From NCBI GenBank assembly GCA_033764265.1, contig JANRJB010000112.1:764-64763 (forward strand): a stretch of DNA of 64,000 nt. The letters are read 5' to 3'. Positions 8,678 through 18,312 of this stretch are shown in pieces. This DNA comes from Rhodospirillaceae bacterium. GTDB taxonomy: Bacteria; Pseudomonadota; Alphaproteobacteria; Rhodospirillales; Rhodospirillaceae. The translations under genes were made by a program, and so were the position numbers. Each line of letters starts with the position of its first letter. Within the stretch, counting starts at the first letter, position 1. Below the pieces are notes generated by a model. That model worked only from the letters and a program-made list of their open reading frames with translations. It was not told the DNA's origin and did not search any database.

Positions 8678-9673
8678 TCACCTGATCTTAGGCCGCGGCG
8701 GCGCGCCCGGCGGCAGGGGCGGCGGCGGGACGATCTCGTCGACCTTGGCGATGATTTCCGGCGTGGGCCGCCAGGCCGCGGCCTTGACGTTGGCGTCCAG
8801 CTGTTCGGGTCGGGTCGCGCCTGCGATCACGCTGCCGACCACCGGCGCGGCCAACAGCCAGCCGAACGCCAGGTCCAGCATGGAGGCGCCCGCCGCCTGC
8901 GCCAGCTCGGTCAGCTTGTCGACCAGCGCAAACCGGTCATCGCCGAAGAAGCGGCTGGCCATCGGCCCGCGGCTCGCCCATGCGGCGAAGCGCGTGCCCT
9001 CGGGCGGCTTGTCGCCGCGCTTGTATTTGCCGGTCAAAAGGCCGCTTTCCAGCGGGAAGAACGGCAGGATGCCGACGCCGTACTCCAGGCAAGCGGGAAT
9101 CAGCTCGGCCTCGATTCCGCGCGACAGAAGGCTGTAGTGGTTCTGGGCCGAAATGTAGGGCGCGAGGCCAGCCGTGCGCGCGATCCACGCCGCTTCGACG
9201 GTGCGCCAGCCCTCGAAATTCGAGTGGCCGACGTAGCGCACCTTGCCCTGGTGCACCAGATCGTCGAGCGCGCGCAAGGTTTCCTCGGTCGGCGTCACGC
9301 CGTCGGGTTTGTGAATCTGATAGAGGTCGATGTAGTCTGTGCCGAGCCGGCGCAAACTGGCTTCGGCCGCGGCCATGATGTAGTGCCGCGATGCGCCGCC
9401 CTGCTGCAACAGCGCCTTGCCCATCGGGTTGCCGAACTTGGTGGCGACGATGGCGTCCTTGCGCCGTGGTCCGAGCGCCTGGCCCAGGAATTCCTCCGAC
9501 AGGCCCGATGTGCCGTACACGTCGGCGGTGTCGAACAGCGTGATGCCGATATCGAGCGCCTTGTGGACGACAACTTTCGACTGGGCGGCATCGATCAGCA
9601 TGCCGAAGTTGTTGCAGCCGACGCCGACCGCGGACACTTTCAAACCCGATTTGCCCAGCAATCTGTAATCCAT
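8678..9673 (-). CDS. Aldo/keto reductase
   Basis: In-frame start MDYRLLGKSGLKVSAVGVGCNNFG (CAT 9671-9673) within ORF 8678..10000. LFDTADVYG motif present. Confidence 0.85.
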   Translation of the reverse strand: MDYRLLGKSGLKVSAVGVGCNNFGMLIDAAQSKVVVHKALDIGITLFDTADVYGTSGLSEEFLGQALGPRRKDAIVATKFGNPMGKALLQQGGASRHYIMAAAEASLRRLGTDYIDLYQIHKPDGVTPTEETLRALDDLVHQGKVRYVGHSNFEGWRTVEAAWIARTAGLAPYISAQNHYSLLSRGIEAELIPACLEYGVGILPFFPLESGLLTGKYKRGDKPPEGTRFAAWASRGPMASRFFGDDRFALVDKLTELAQAAGASMLDLAFGWLLAAPVVGSVIAGATRPEQLDANVKAAAWRPTPEIIAKVDEIVPPPPLPPGAPPRPKIR

Positions 9674-9878
9674 GACACCCCAATCCGCTATTCGCACGCA
9701 CCTGTGCGGCCAGTGTCGGGGCTGCGTCCTCCGGGCGCAAGGCCCGCGGCCTTCCGCCAAGCGAACAGAAGTGCTTTTTCGGGACGCGGCCGGGGCGTCG
9801 GGCCAACCGCAGGCTTGACGACCGTACGGCTCCGCTGGCTCGATAGCGCGTCCGCACGCCGAGACCCGGAGGAACGAG

Positions 9879-10361
9879 ATGGCGCGAGTTCGACGGATCG
9901 TCACTGTGGCCTTGCTCGTGCTGGCCGCGCAGCCCGCGCTTGCGCAAGACCCGCCCAAGCCGATCCTGCTGGCCAGCGAATTCGGCGAACTGTGCACCAT
10001 GTGCGAGGCGGCGGTGCGGTGCGAACCCGCGCAAATGTCCGAGACCGCGCGGGCGACCGTTTACGTGTTTCACAAGAAGTCGTTCATGAACCAGGTCGCG
10101 ACCATCTGGGACTACCTGCCGTTCGTGGCCAAGAGCGACTGGGAAAGCCGACCGGCGACGATCTATCAGTTCAACGGCGACAGCGTGGAACGGGGCGGCG
10201 AAACCGCGCGATTGAATTTCACCGCGGCCAAGGCCGAAGTCGGCGGTACGCTGATCAACCGGCTGAATGGCGAGTGGCAGGCCGGCGATGGTTCGGCCCT
10301 GGGGCTGTGCCGCGAGATCGACCGCACCCAGATCGCAAGTCTTGGCACGCGCAAGGAGTAA
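9879..10361 (+). CDS. Secreted protein of unknown function
   Basis: Signal peptide MARVRRIVTVALLVLAAQPALAQ. Stops 3 nt before the next gene, suggesting a two-gene operon. Confidence 0.6.
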   Translation: MARVRRIVTVALLVLAAQPALAQDPPKPILLASEFGELCTMCEAAVRCEPAQMSETARATVYVFHKKSFMNQVATIWDYLPFVAKSDWESRPATIYQFNGDSVERGGETARLNFTAAKAEVGGTLINRLNGEWQAGDGSALGLCREIDRTQIASLGTRKE

Positions 10362-10364
10362 GCC

Positions 10365-10919
10365 ATGAGCGAACAGGCATTGCCGCGGGCGGATTTTTCG
10401 TGGGGCCTGGCGTCGCTGAAGGCGCGGCCCGCGCGTTATGCCGGCGTGCTGTTCGTGATGCTGGTACGCTATTTCCTGGGCGTGTTCTACCTCAGCGCCG
10501 GCATCAACAAGCTGCGGAACCAATGGATGTGGACCGATCGGCTGAAGGTGGTGTTCGAGCAACGCCTGCAGGAGTTGATCGATACCGGCGCGCTGACTTA
10601 CGGCGAGTTCTACCTGAACTACATCGCCATTCCGTACCTGAAGTATTTCGCGATTCCGCTGCACATCCCGGTGGCGATCGTGGTCGGCGTCGGCGAACTG
10701 GCGGTGGCGGTCAGCCTGTTCCTGGGCCTGATGCCGCGCTGGGGCGGCGCGCTGGCCCTGTTCCTGATGTTCAACTTCGCGCTCGGCGGCTACTACGACG
10801 CCTCGCTGTTACCGCTCTGCGCGATGGCCGCGCTTCTGATTGTCACGCCCTCGGGCCATTGGTTCGGGCTCGACCGGCGTCTGCACGCGCGCAACCCCGC
10901 CTCGATCTGGTATCGGTGA
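10365..10919 (+). CDS. DoxX/DoxD-like integral membrane protein (tentative)
   Basis: Four hydrophobic segments. The FLGVFYLSAGINKL and ELAVAVSLFLGL pattern resembles the DoxX family. Confidence 0.55.
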   Translation: MSEQALPRADFSWGLASLKARPARYAGVLFVMLVRYFLGVFYLSAGINKLRNQWMWTDRLKVVFEQRLQELIDTGALTYGEFYLNYIAIPYLKYFAIPLHIPVAIVVGVGELAVAVSLFLGLMPRWGGALALFLMFNFALGGYYDASLLPLCAMAALLIVTPSGHWFGLDRRLHARNPASIWYR

Positions 10920-10925
10920 TCCGGG

Positions 10926-12086
10926 TCATTCGAGCCGACGGCTGAACAGCCAGGTGGCGCCCGCCGCCGCCGCCACACCGATCACGGCCATGGGCCACAT
11001 GTTATCCAGCACCACCGCGACCGGCATGTCCTGCAGGAAGATGCCGCGGTTGATCGTCAGGATATAGCGCAACGGGTTCAGGTAGGTCAGCAGCTGGATC
11101 GCCTGCGGCATGTTGTGGATCGGCGTGGTGAAGCCCGACAGGATCACCGCCGGCATGATGAAACAGAACGCCGCGATCTGCGCCTGCTGCTGGGTCGAGG
11201 TCAGCGCCGAGATCATCAGGCCGAAGCTGGTGACCGACAGCAAGAATACCGCCAGTGCCGCCACCAGCATGAACAGGTCCCCGCGCAGCGGCACGCCGAA
11301 GAACAGCACGCCGAGTGCGCCCAAGGCCAGGCCCTCCGCCATGCCCAGGATCGCGGCGGGGGCGATCTTGCCCGCGAGGATTTCGAGCGGGCGCAGCGGC
11401 GTGACCAACAGCTGCTCGAAGGTGCCGAGTTCGCGCTCGCGCGCGATCGATAGTGCGGTGATGACCGTGGCGATGATCATGGTCAGCGTCGCCACCAGCC
11501 CGGGCACGATGAACCACTTGCTGTCGAGGTTGGCGTTGAACCAGGCCCGGGTCACCACCACCGGCGGTTCGGCCGCTCCGCCCATGGTGCGCCGGCGGTC
11601 GCGCGAGAATTCGCGGGCGATCTGGTTCACGTAGCCGCTGGCGACCAGCGCCGAATTGGACTCTCGGCCGTCGACGATCAATTGGGCGCGGGCGGTGCGG
11701 CCGGCGGCGAGGTCGCGGCTGAAGGTGGGCGGAATGCGCAACACCATCATTGCCGCGCGCGCGTCGATCAGCGGCGCGATCTCCTGCGCTGACGTCAATC
11801 GCTTCACGTCGGTGAAGGCGTTCGAGCCGGTCAGGCGCGCCACGAACTCCCGCCCCGACAGGCCCATGTCCTCGTTGTAAACGGCGAGCGCCACATTGTT
11901 GACGTCGAACGTGGCGGCGTAAGTGAACAAAAACAGCTGCAGCAGCGGCGGCACGATCAGCACGGTGCGGCTGCGTTTGTCGCGCCAGATCGCCTGGAAC
12001 TCGCGCACCATCAGGAAAGCGATGCGCGCCCACGACTGGCGCAGACTGAACCGTCCGTTGCCGTTGGTCGCGGTTCGGTCACTCAT
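10926..12086 (-). CDS. ybhR: ABC-2 type exporter permease
   Basis: Polytopic ABC-2 permease (large first periplasmic loop, then 5 TM). 4-nt overlap with the upstream permease. Symbol assigned by synteny with E. coli ybiH-ybhGFSR only. Confidence 0.75.
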   Translation of the reverse strand: MSDRTATNGNGRFSLRQSWARIAFLMVREFQAIWRDKRSRTVLIVPPLLQLFLFTYAATFDVNNVALAVYNEDMGLSGREFVARLTGSNAFTDVKRLTSAQEIAPLIDARAAMMVLRIPPTFSRDLAAGRTARAQLIVDGRESNSALVASGYVNQIAREFSRDRRRTMGGAAEPPVVVTRAWFNANLDSKWFIVPGLVATLTMIIATVITALSIARERELGTFEQLLVTPLRPLEILAGKIAPAAILGMAEGLALGALGVLFFGVPLRGDLFMLVAALAVFLLSVTSFGLMISALTSTQQQAQIAAFCFIMPAVILSGFTTPIHNMPQAIQLLTYLNPLRYILTINRGIFLQDMPVAVVLDNMWPMAVIGVAAAAGATWLFSRRLE

Positions 12087-13243
12087 TCCAGCCTCCGCCG
12101 GGTTTTCACCGCGGTGACGGTCAGGAACAGCCCGGCCATGGCCAGCATGGCGAGCGTGTTGGGCACGATCACGCTCCAGATGTTGCCGGCCAGGAACAGG
12201 GTCTTCAGCGTTTCGACGAAGTGGCGGGCCGGCACGATCATGGTGATGGCCTGCAAGATCGGATGCATCGAGCGGATGTCGAAGATGAAGCCCGATAGCA
12301 GCATCGCCGGCATCATCGTGGCGGTAATGGCCAGAATGGCCGCGGCGAACTGGTTGCGCGTCAGGGTCGAGAACATCAGCCCCAGGCCCAGCACCACCAG
12401 CATGAACACTGCCGAAACCGCCGTCAGCACCAGGAACGAACCGCGGAAGCCGACTTGGAACACTACCAGGCCCACCGCCACGCTGACCGCCATGCCGGCC
12501 ATGCCGAGCACGAAATAGGGGACGAGCTTGCCGATCAGAAGTTCAGCCTTGCTGAGCGGGGTGGTCAGCAGGGCCTCCATGGTGCCGCGTTCCCATTCGC
12601 GGGCGATCACCAGCGCGGTCAACAGCGCGCCGATCAGCGTCATGATCACCGCCATCAGGCCCGGCACGATCGACTTGTGGCTGTCGAGCCCACTGTTGAA
12701 CCAGACGCGCTGCTCGATCGCCAGCACCGGAATGCGCGCGCCGGGATGGGAGAAATCACGCTGGGCCAGCCATGCGTTCAGCGCGCCCTGCACGTAGCCG
12801 TCCATGATGCGCGCGGTGTTGGCGTCGGTGCCGTTGACGATCAGTTGCACCGGGGCGGCGTCGCCGGCCGCGATCCGACGGCCGAAATCCGAGGCCAACA
12901 CGGCGATGCCGTCAACGCGGCCTTCGCGCAGCAGGGTTTCGGCGGCGGACCGGTCCGGTGCTCGCACCGGCGCAATGAAACGGGTCGCTTCCAGCGACGC
13001 GATGAAATCGCCGGCCGCCCCCGGCTCGCTTTCGACCACCACCGCCAGCGGCAGATTCTTGGCGTCGAGCGAGACGCCGTAGCCGAACACGAACAGCATC
13101 AGGAGCGGCAGCACGATGGCGACGATGATGCTGGATGGGTCGCGCAGAATTTGCAGCGTCTCCTTGCGCACGAACCCGAACAGCCGTTGGCGGTCGATGC
13201 CGCGGCCCTCGACGCGCCGGGCGTGATCATGCGCCGCGCTCAT
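12083..13243 (-). CDS. ybhS: ABC-2 type exporter permease
   Basis: Start MSAAHDH (CAT 13241-13243) overlaps the ATPase stop (ATGA). FGFVRKETLQILRDPSSI is the typical ABC-2 N-terminus. The rest of track ORF 12083..13591 is upstream read-through. Confidence 0.75.
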   Translation of the reverse strand: MSAAHDHARRVEGRGIDRQRLFGFVRKETLQILRDPSSIIVAIVLPLLMLFVFGYGVSLDAKNLPLAVVVESEPGAAGDFIASLEATRFIAPVRAPDRSAAETLLREGRVDGIAVLASDFGRRIAAGDAAPVQLIVNGTDANTARIMDGYVQGALNAWLAQRDFSHPGARIPVLAIEQRVWFNSGLDSHKSIVPGLMAVIMTLIGALLTALVIAREWERGTMEALLTTPLSKAELLIGKLVPYFVLGMAGMAVSVAVGLVVFQVGFRGSFLVLTAVSAVFMLVVLGLGLMFSTLTRNQFAAAILAITATMMPAMLLSGFIFDIRSMHPILQAITMIVPARHFVETLKTLFLAGNIWSVIVPNTLAMLAMAGLFLTVTAVKTRRRLE

Positions 13244-14979
13244 GCCGCCTCGCGGTCGTGGCGTTCGACCAGGGCGATGAACGCCTCGTTCAAAGTGGTT
13301 TGCTCGCCGCCGCCGGCGGCCTTGATCTCGTCGGGCGAGCCCGCGGCGATCAAGCGGCCGCGATAGATGATCACCATCCGGTCGCAGTATTCGGCCTCGT
13401 CCAGAAAATGGCTGGTGATCAGGATCGTGGTGCCGTCGTCGGCCAGCGCGTTCAGGCGCGTCCAAAACTCGCGCCGCGTTTCGGGATCGACGCCGGAGGT
13501 CGGCTCGTCCAGGAACAGGATCGACGGGCGGTGCAACAGCGCGCACGCCAGCGCCATGCGCTGCTTGATGCCGAGCGGCAATTGTCCGCACGGCTCGTCG
13601 AGATAGTCGCGCAGCTGGAATTCATCGGCCGCATCGGCGATGCGCGCGGCGAGCGCCTTGCCGGAAAGCCCATACACGCCGCCGGCGAACGTCATGTTCT
13701 GACGCATGCTGAGCAAGCCGTTGTAGGCGAACTTCTGCGCCATGTAGCCAATGTGCGCGCGGGCATCGGCGCGGGCGCGCCCCAGGTCGTAGCCCGCCAC
13801 CAGCGCAGTCCCGGCGGACGGCGGCAACAGGCCGCACAGCATCTTGAAGGTGGTGGATTTGCCGGCGCCGTTGGGGCCCAGCAGCCCGAAAATTTCGCCG
13901 CGATCCACTCGGAACGAGACGCGATCGACGGCGGTGAAGGGGCCGAAGCGCCGGGTCAGGTCGCGGGTTTCGATCGCCGCGCCGGCATCCTGCGGCACTT
14001 GGTGGTGCGACACGATCGCCACGCCGGCGGATCGGCTGGCAGCGGGCGCGCCGCGGCGCGCGCGCAAGGCGGCCAGGTAGGTGTCCTCGAACTGCGGTGA
14101 GGTCGGTTCGGGGCGCAGCGAACGCAACGGCGCGAACGCGGCCGCGCTGAAATCAGGCGGCCGGCCGGGGCCATCCATCACCACGCGCAGGTTGCGGCCC
14201 TGGATTTGCGCGTCGACCACGCCGGCGGCGGCCTGGGCGGCGCGCTGCAAGTCCCGCTTGGCCGCCACGGTGGAGGACCGGGGAATCACCGCCCGCCAGG
14301 CGCGGTCCGCCACCAGCCGATTCAAATGCGCGGGTGTGCCGCTGTCGAGCACCGCGCCGTCGTGCAACAGAATGACATGATCGCAGCGTTCGGCCTCGTC
14401 CAGGTAGGCGGTGCTCCACAACACGGCGATGCCGGTGCTTTGCAGCGTGCGCACCATCGCCCATAATTCGCGGCGCGACAGCGGATCGACGCCGACGCTG
14501 GGTTCGTCGAGCAGCAGAACATCCGGCGGCACCACCAGCGTGCAGGCCAGCCCCAGTTTCTGTTTCATGCCGCCCGACAGTTTGCCGGCCAGCCGGCCGG
14601 TGAAGGGGCCAAGTTCGGTGAAGCGGTGAAGTTCGGCGAAGCGCCGTTCGCGGTCGGCGCGGCCCAAGCCGTTCAAATCGGCGTACAGGTCCAAGTTCTC
14701 GCCTACCGTCAAATCTTCGTAGAGGCCGAACTTCTGAGGCATGTAAGCGATGCGCGGCGCGCGGGCATCATCGCCGGTAACCGTGATTCTGCCGGCGTCG
14801 GGGTCGAACAGTCCGGCCAGAAGTCGCACCAGTGTCGTCTTGCCCGCGCCGTCGGGCCCGACCAGGCCTGTGATCTGCCCTGGTGCGATCTCGCCCGACA
14901 CGCCCGACAAGGCCTCGACGCGCCGCGTTTCCGTCACGAACGCCTTGCTCAATTCGGCGAAGCGCAGGCCGGCGGACAT
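13240..14979 (-). CDS. ybhF: ABC transporter ATP-binding protein with two fused ATPase domains
   Basis: Two Walker A motifs (GPDGAGKTT, GPNGAGKST) and two signature motifs (LSGGMKQK, LPLGIKQR) in 579 aa. Confidence 0.9.
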   Translation of the reverse strand: MSAGLRFAELSKAFVTETRRVEALSGVSGEIAPGQITGLVGPDGAGKTTLVRLLAGLFDPDAGRITVTGDDARAPRIAYMPQKFGLYEDLTVGENLDLYADLNGLGRADRERRFAELHRFTELGPFTGRLAGKLSGGMKQKLGLACTLVVPPDVLLLDEPSVGVDPLSRRELWAMVRTLQSTGIAVLWSTAYLDEAERCDHVILLHDGAVLDSGTPAHLNRLVADRAWRAVIPRSSTVAAKRDLQRAAQAAAGVVDAQIQGRNLRVVMDGPGRPPDFSAAAFAPLRSLRPEPTSPQFEDTYLAALRARRGAPAASRSAGVAIVSHHQVPQDAGAAIETRDLTRRFGPFTAVDRVSFRVDRGEIFGLLGPNGAGKSTTFKMLCGLLPPSAGTALVAGYDLGRARADARAHIGYMAQKFAYNGLLSMRQNMTFAGGVYGLSGKALAARIADAADEFQLRDYLDEPCGQLPLGIKQRMALACALLHRPSILFLDEPTSGVDPETRREFWTRLNALADDGTTILITSHFLDEAEYCDRMVIIYRGRLIAAGSPDEIKAAGGGEQTTLNEAFIALVERHDREAA

Positions 14980-14988
14980 GGCCGTACC

Positions 14989-15969
14989 TCAGTTGTTCAG
15001 GGTCACGGTCACCGGCATGCCTTGGCGCAGGCCGGAGTCGGGATCGTCGACGATCACCCGCAGACGGTAGACGAGATCGGTGCGCAGTTCCGGCGTTTCC
15101 ACGGCCTTGGGCGTGAACTCAGCGGTTGGCGAGACGAAGCCGATGGTACCGGCATAGCTGCGCCCGGCCGGATCGTCGGTGCGCACGGTGACCTTGGTGC
15201 CGGGGGCGACGCGGCCCAGGTAAGGTTCCTCGACGTACGTGCGCACCCAGACGGGCGACGCCAAGGCCAGCGACAGAACTGGTGCGCCGGCGCCCACCAC
15301 CGCGCCGGGCTCGCGGGCACGGGTCAGGATGGTGCCGGCCGCCGGGGCGACCAGGCGCGTCTGCTCGAGCCGGTAGCGCGCTTGGTCCAGCTGAGCGGCG
15401 GCGGCCGCGGCAGCGGCGCGGGCGGCATCGATATCCTCGATTCGAAAGCCTTTTTCGGCCAGATCCAGTTCGGACTGACGCGCCGACGAGGCGGCGCGGG
15501 CCACGGTGACGTCGCGTTCGGCGTCGTCCAGGGCCTGCTTCGAGACGGCGTCCTCCCGCGCCAGCGATCTGCGCCGGTTCAGCACCGCCTCGGCGTTGAC
15601 CACGCGGGCGCGGGCCTCGGCCAAGCGCGCGCGCGCGGCGGCGATGTCCTCGGCGCGATTGCCGGCTTCGGTCTTGGCGAGCAGTGCCGCCGCCTGGGCG
15701 GCATTGGCTTCGGCTTGGGCCACGGCATGGCGATAGGGTGCGTCGTCCAGGCGGGCGAGTTCCTGTCCCGCCGCGATCGGATCGCCTTCGTCCACGGCGA
15801 CAACCGCGATTTTTCCGTCGACGGCGAACGACAAGTCGACTTGGCGGATGTCGATGTTCCCGTACAGCACCGATCCTTCGGCGCCGTTGTCGGAGTTGCT
15901 TACGTACCACCAGGCCGCGCCGCCCAGCAGCGCGACGACAAGCAACGGTGCGGCGATCTTGCGGTTCAT
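14989..15969 (-). CDS. ybhG: HlyD-family membrane fusion/periplasmic adaptor protein
   Basis: N-terminal TM, long Ala/Arg-rich coiled coil, C-terminal beta-barrel (VEFTPKAVETPELRTDLVYRLRV). 4-nt overlap with the TetR gene. Confidence 0.85.
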   Translation of the reverse strand: MNRKIAAPLLVVALLGGAAWWYVSNSDNGAEGSVLYGNIDIRQVDLSFAVDGKIAVVAVDEGDPIAAGQELARLDDAPYRHAVAQAEANAAQAAALLAKTEAGNRAEDIAAARARLAEARARVVNAEAVLNRRRSLAREDAVSKQALDDAERDVTVARAASSARQSELDLAEKGFRIEDIDAARAAAAAAAAQLDQARYRLEQTRLVAPAAGTILTRAREPGAVVGAGAPVLSLALASPVWVRTYVEEPYLGRVAPGTKVTVRTDDPAGRSYAGTIGFVSPTAEFTPKAVETPELRTDLVYRLRVIVDDPDSGLRQGMPVTVTLNN

Positions 15970-16640
15970 GCGGTCCTCCGCGACTTCGGCGTATGCGGCG
16001 ACTTCACGCCATAGGCGGCCATGAACAGCAAAACCGCCGCATCCACCTTGGCGGCGATGGCCGCATCGAACGGCGGCTGGTCGAGGCCCGTCACCGCGCG
16101 CAGGTGCAGCACCCCGCGCAGCATCATCAGGAAAAACTCCGCCGCCTGTTCTGGACGTTCGACCGACAGCTCGCCGGCGGCGGTACGGTCGCGCAGGAAT
16201 TGGGCGACCTTGCCGATCGCCACTTTTGGCCCGTTCTCGAACCAGGTCTGCGCCAGGTCGGGGAACTCGGGACCCTGCGACGTCATCACCCGGTAGAACT
16301 TGATGGCGGTCGGAGACAGCATCAGCGTCAGAAACGAGGTGCCGACCCGGCGCAGCACCTGATCGGCCGGCAGCGCCGGCAGATTTGCCGCGGCCAGCGG
16401 CGCGAAGGCGTCCTTGAGCTTGTTGCCCAGGATGGCGCGGAACAACCCGATCTTGTTGCCGAAGTGGGCATAGATGGTGGCCTTCGACGCATTGGCCCGG
16501 CGCGCCACCGCATCGACGCTGGCCGACGCAAATCCCTTATCCAGGAACACCTCCTCGGCCGCGGCGATGATGGCGTCGCGGCGGATCGCGCTGCGGCGGG
16601 CGAGCGGACTGTCGATCGAAGCAGGATGGAAGGTGCCCAT
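15966..16640 (-). CDS. TetR-family transcriptional regulator (first gene of the exporter operon)
   Basis: HTH segment FLDKGFASASVDAVARRANASKATIYAHFGNK. Confidence 0.85.
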   Translation of the reverse strand: MGTFHPASIDSPLARRSAIRRDAIIAAAEEVFLDKGFASASVDAVARRANASKATIYAHFGNKIGLFRAILGNKLKDAFAPLAAANLPALPADQVLRRVGTSFLTLMLSPTAIKFYRVMTSQGPEFPDLAQTWFENGPKVAIGKVAQFLRDRTAAGELSVERPEQAAEFFLMMLRGVLHLRAVTGLDQPPFDAAIAAKVDAAVLLFMAAYGVKSPHTPKSRRTA

Positions 16641-16741
16641 AACTGTACTGTACGGTACAGTTCTTCCTAAGTCGAGTCCCGGCGCAATAGGTTACAAGCA
16701 GGGAAACCAAACACGGGGCGCACCGCCCGCGGGGTCAACCC

Positions 16742-17494
16742 ATGGCCGACATTGAAGTCTTTCAGCTGTCCGACAGTCCGGTGCGGGTCGTGCCCGGCAC
16801 CCGGGAGCGCGGCTGGTTCGAGAACTTTCCGGACCGGTTCCCCTACCGCTGCCTGCCGCTGGTCATCGCCAATCAGGCCGGCCTGCAGCTGGCCATGGAG
16901 TTCTCGTTCACCGTGGTCTGGGACGGCACGCCCGCGACCAGCGGCATCCGCGTGGCGTCGACCGATCATCGCGCGGCCAATTACATCTCGGGCCACTTCG
17001 GGTACGGCGTGCTGACCTTCTCGATCCCGTACCTGTTCCGCACTAAGGGCGACACCGGCCTGCTGGCGATGGGCCCGGCCAATCTGCCCAAGGACGACGC
17101 CGCGCCGCTGACCGGCATCGTCGAGACGGCGTGGTCGCCCTACACCTTCACCATGAACTGGAAAATGCTGAAGCCCAATCGGGCGGTGATCTGGGACGCC
17201 GGCGAGCCGTTCTGCCAGCTGGTGCCGCTCGAGCTGTCGCTGATCCGCGAACTGAAGGTCGTGCACCGCGACATCGCCGAAGAACCCGAATTGAACAAGA
17301 GCTACGCGGCGTGGGCGGAATCGCGGCGCAAATTCAACGAAGAGCGCAAGACCGCGCCGCGCACGCCCGGGCCAAGTCCGTGGCAGAAGCACTACTTCCA
17401 GGGCAAGCTGCCCGACGGCCAGCCGGGCGTTGACGCCGACGCCCATCTGACCAAGACCGTCACCGAAATCGAGAAAAAACCGCCAACGAAGTAA
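16742..17494 (+). CDS. Conserved hypothetical protein (possibly DUF6065-type; family name uncertain)
   Basis: ORF 16742..17494 with good GC3 bias. First gene of a tightly packed plus-strand array. Confidence 0.65.
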   Translation: MADIEVFQLSDSPVRVVPGTRERGWFENFPDRFPYRCLPLVIANQAGLQLAMEFSFTVVWDGTPATSGIRVASTDHRAANYISGHFGYGVLTFSIPYLFRTKGDTGLLAMGPANLPKDDAAPLTGIVETAWSPYTFTMNWKMLKPNRAVIWDAGEPFCQLVPLELSLIRELKVVHRDIAEEPELNKSYAAWAESRRKFNEERKTAPRTPGPSPWQKHYFQGKLPDGQPGVDADAHLTKTVTEIEKKPPTK

Positions 17495-17496
17495 CC

Positions 17497-18312
17497 ATGA
17501 TCGACTTGAACGTTGCAATGGACCGGCTACGCGCCCTGGTGCGGCTGCGCGGACGCGAAGACGGCGAGGCCTGGCAGTGGTTCGAGGGCATCCTCTACGG
17601 CCGCGCCGAGGGCGACGTGCTGCGCGCCATCTGTGGGTTCACCTCGGTTCTGTGCGTGCGCTACGAAGCGGCGGACCACGGCGTCTATCGCTTTGCCCAG
17701 CGGGAATCGAACCACTATACCGATCTCGCGACCGGCCGGCCCATCGGCGATGTACGCAACCCCTACACCGGCAAGACCAACATCGCGGTCGGCTACGTCT
17801 CGCCCAAATTCAAGTTTCAGATGTCGCAGGCGGGCGTCGCGACCGCGGCCGAGCCCGAGCGGATCACCGGCCATATTCCGTCGTCGTTCAGTTCCGACGG
17901 CCGCGACATCTGGACGACCGAATCCCGCGCCAATGAGTTCGGTGCCGGCATCGCCGAGGAGGAATTCCCCGAAGCCTATGCCGGCCCGGTGCGCAAGTCC
18001 GCCGACGTGGCGACCTATCGAGCCGACCGCGCGGCCATTCTCGATCCGTCGGTGCCGTTCGTGCGCGCATCGCTACAGTTCGTGGCCGATACGCCCTGGG
18101 TGCTCTGGATGATGATGGGCCGCAGCCCCGGCCACATGATGTGGATCGGCCAGGGCACCAAGTTCGAAACACGCGCGGAATTGCCCGCGGACGTGTGCGC
18201 GCGCGTCGAACAGGTCCATCCGGGCTTCCTGGCCGACCCGTGGGGGCTGAAGGCCACCGCCTATTCGACCGTGCGACAGCTGCGCGACCTGCGCGCCGCG
18301 GGGAGAATTTGA
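17497..18312 (+). CDS. Conserved hypothetical protein (possibly DUF1838-type; family name uncertain)
   Basis: Starts 2 nt after the previous stop. Its TGA overlaps the next ATG (GATG at 18310-18314). Confidence 0.65.
   Translation: MIDLNVAMDRLRALVRLRGREDGEAWQWFEGILYGRAEGDVLRAICGFTSVLCVRYEAADHGVYRFAQRESNHYTDLATGRPIGDVRNPYTGKTNIAVGYVSPKFKFQMSQAGVATAAEPERITGHIPSSFSSDGRDIWTTESRANEFGAGIAEEEFPEAYAGPVRKSADVATYRADRAAILDPSVPFVRASLQFVADTPWVLWMMMGRSPGHMMWIGQGTKFETRAELPADVCARVEQVHPGFLADPWGLKATAYSTVRQLRDLRAAGRI

Noticed and set aside
8666-10945. 759-aa plus-strand ORF, plus the 575-aa minus-strand ORF 8937..10664
   Set aside because: Their Arg/Pro/Gly-rich composition has no motifs. They overlap the well-supported aldo/keto reductase (minus) and the two small plus-strand genes in other frames.
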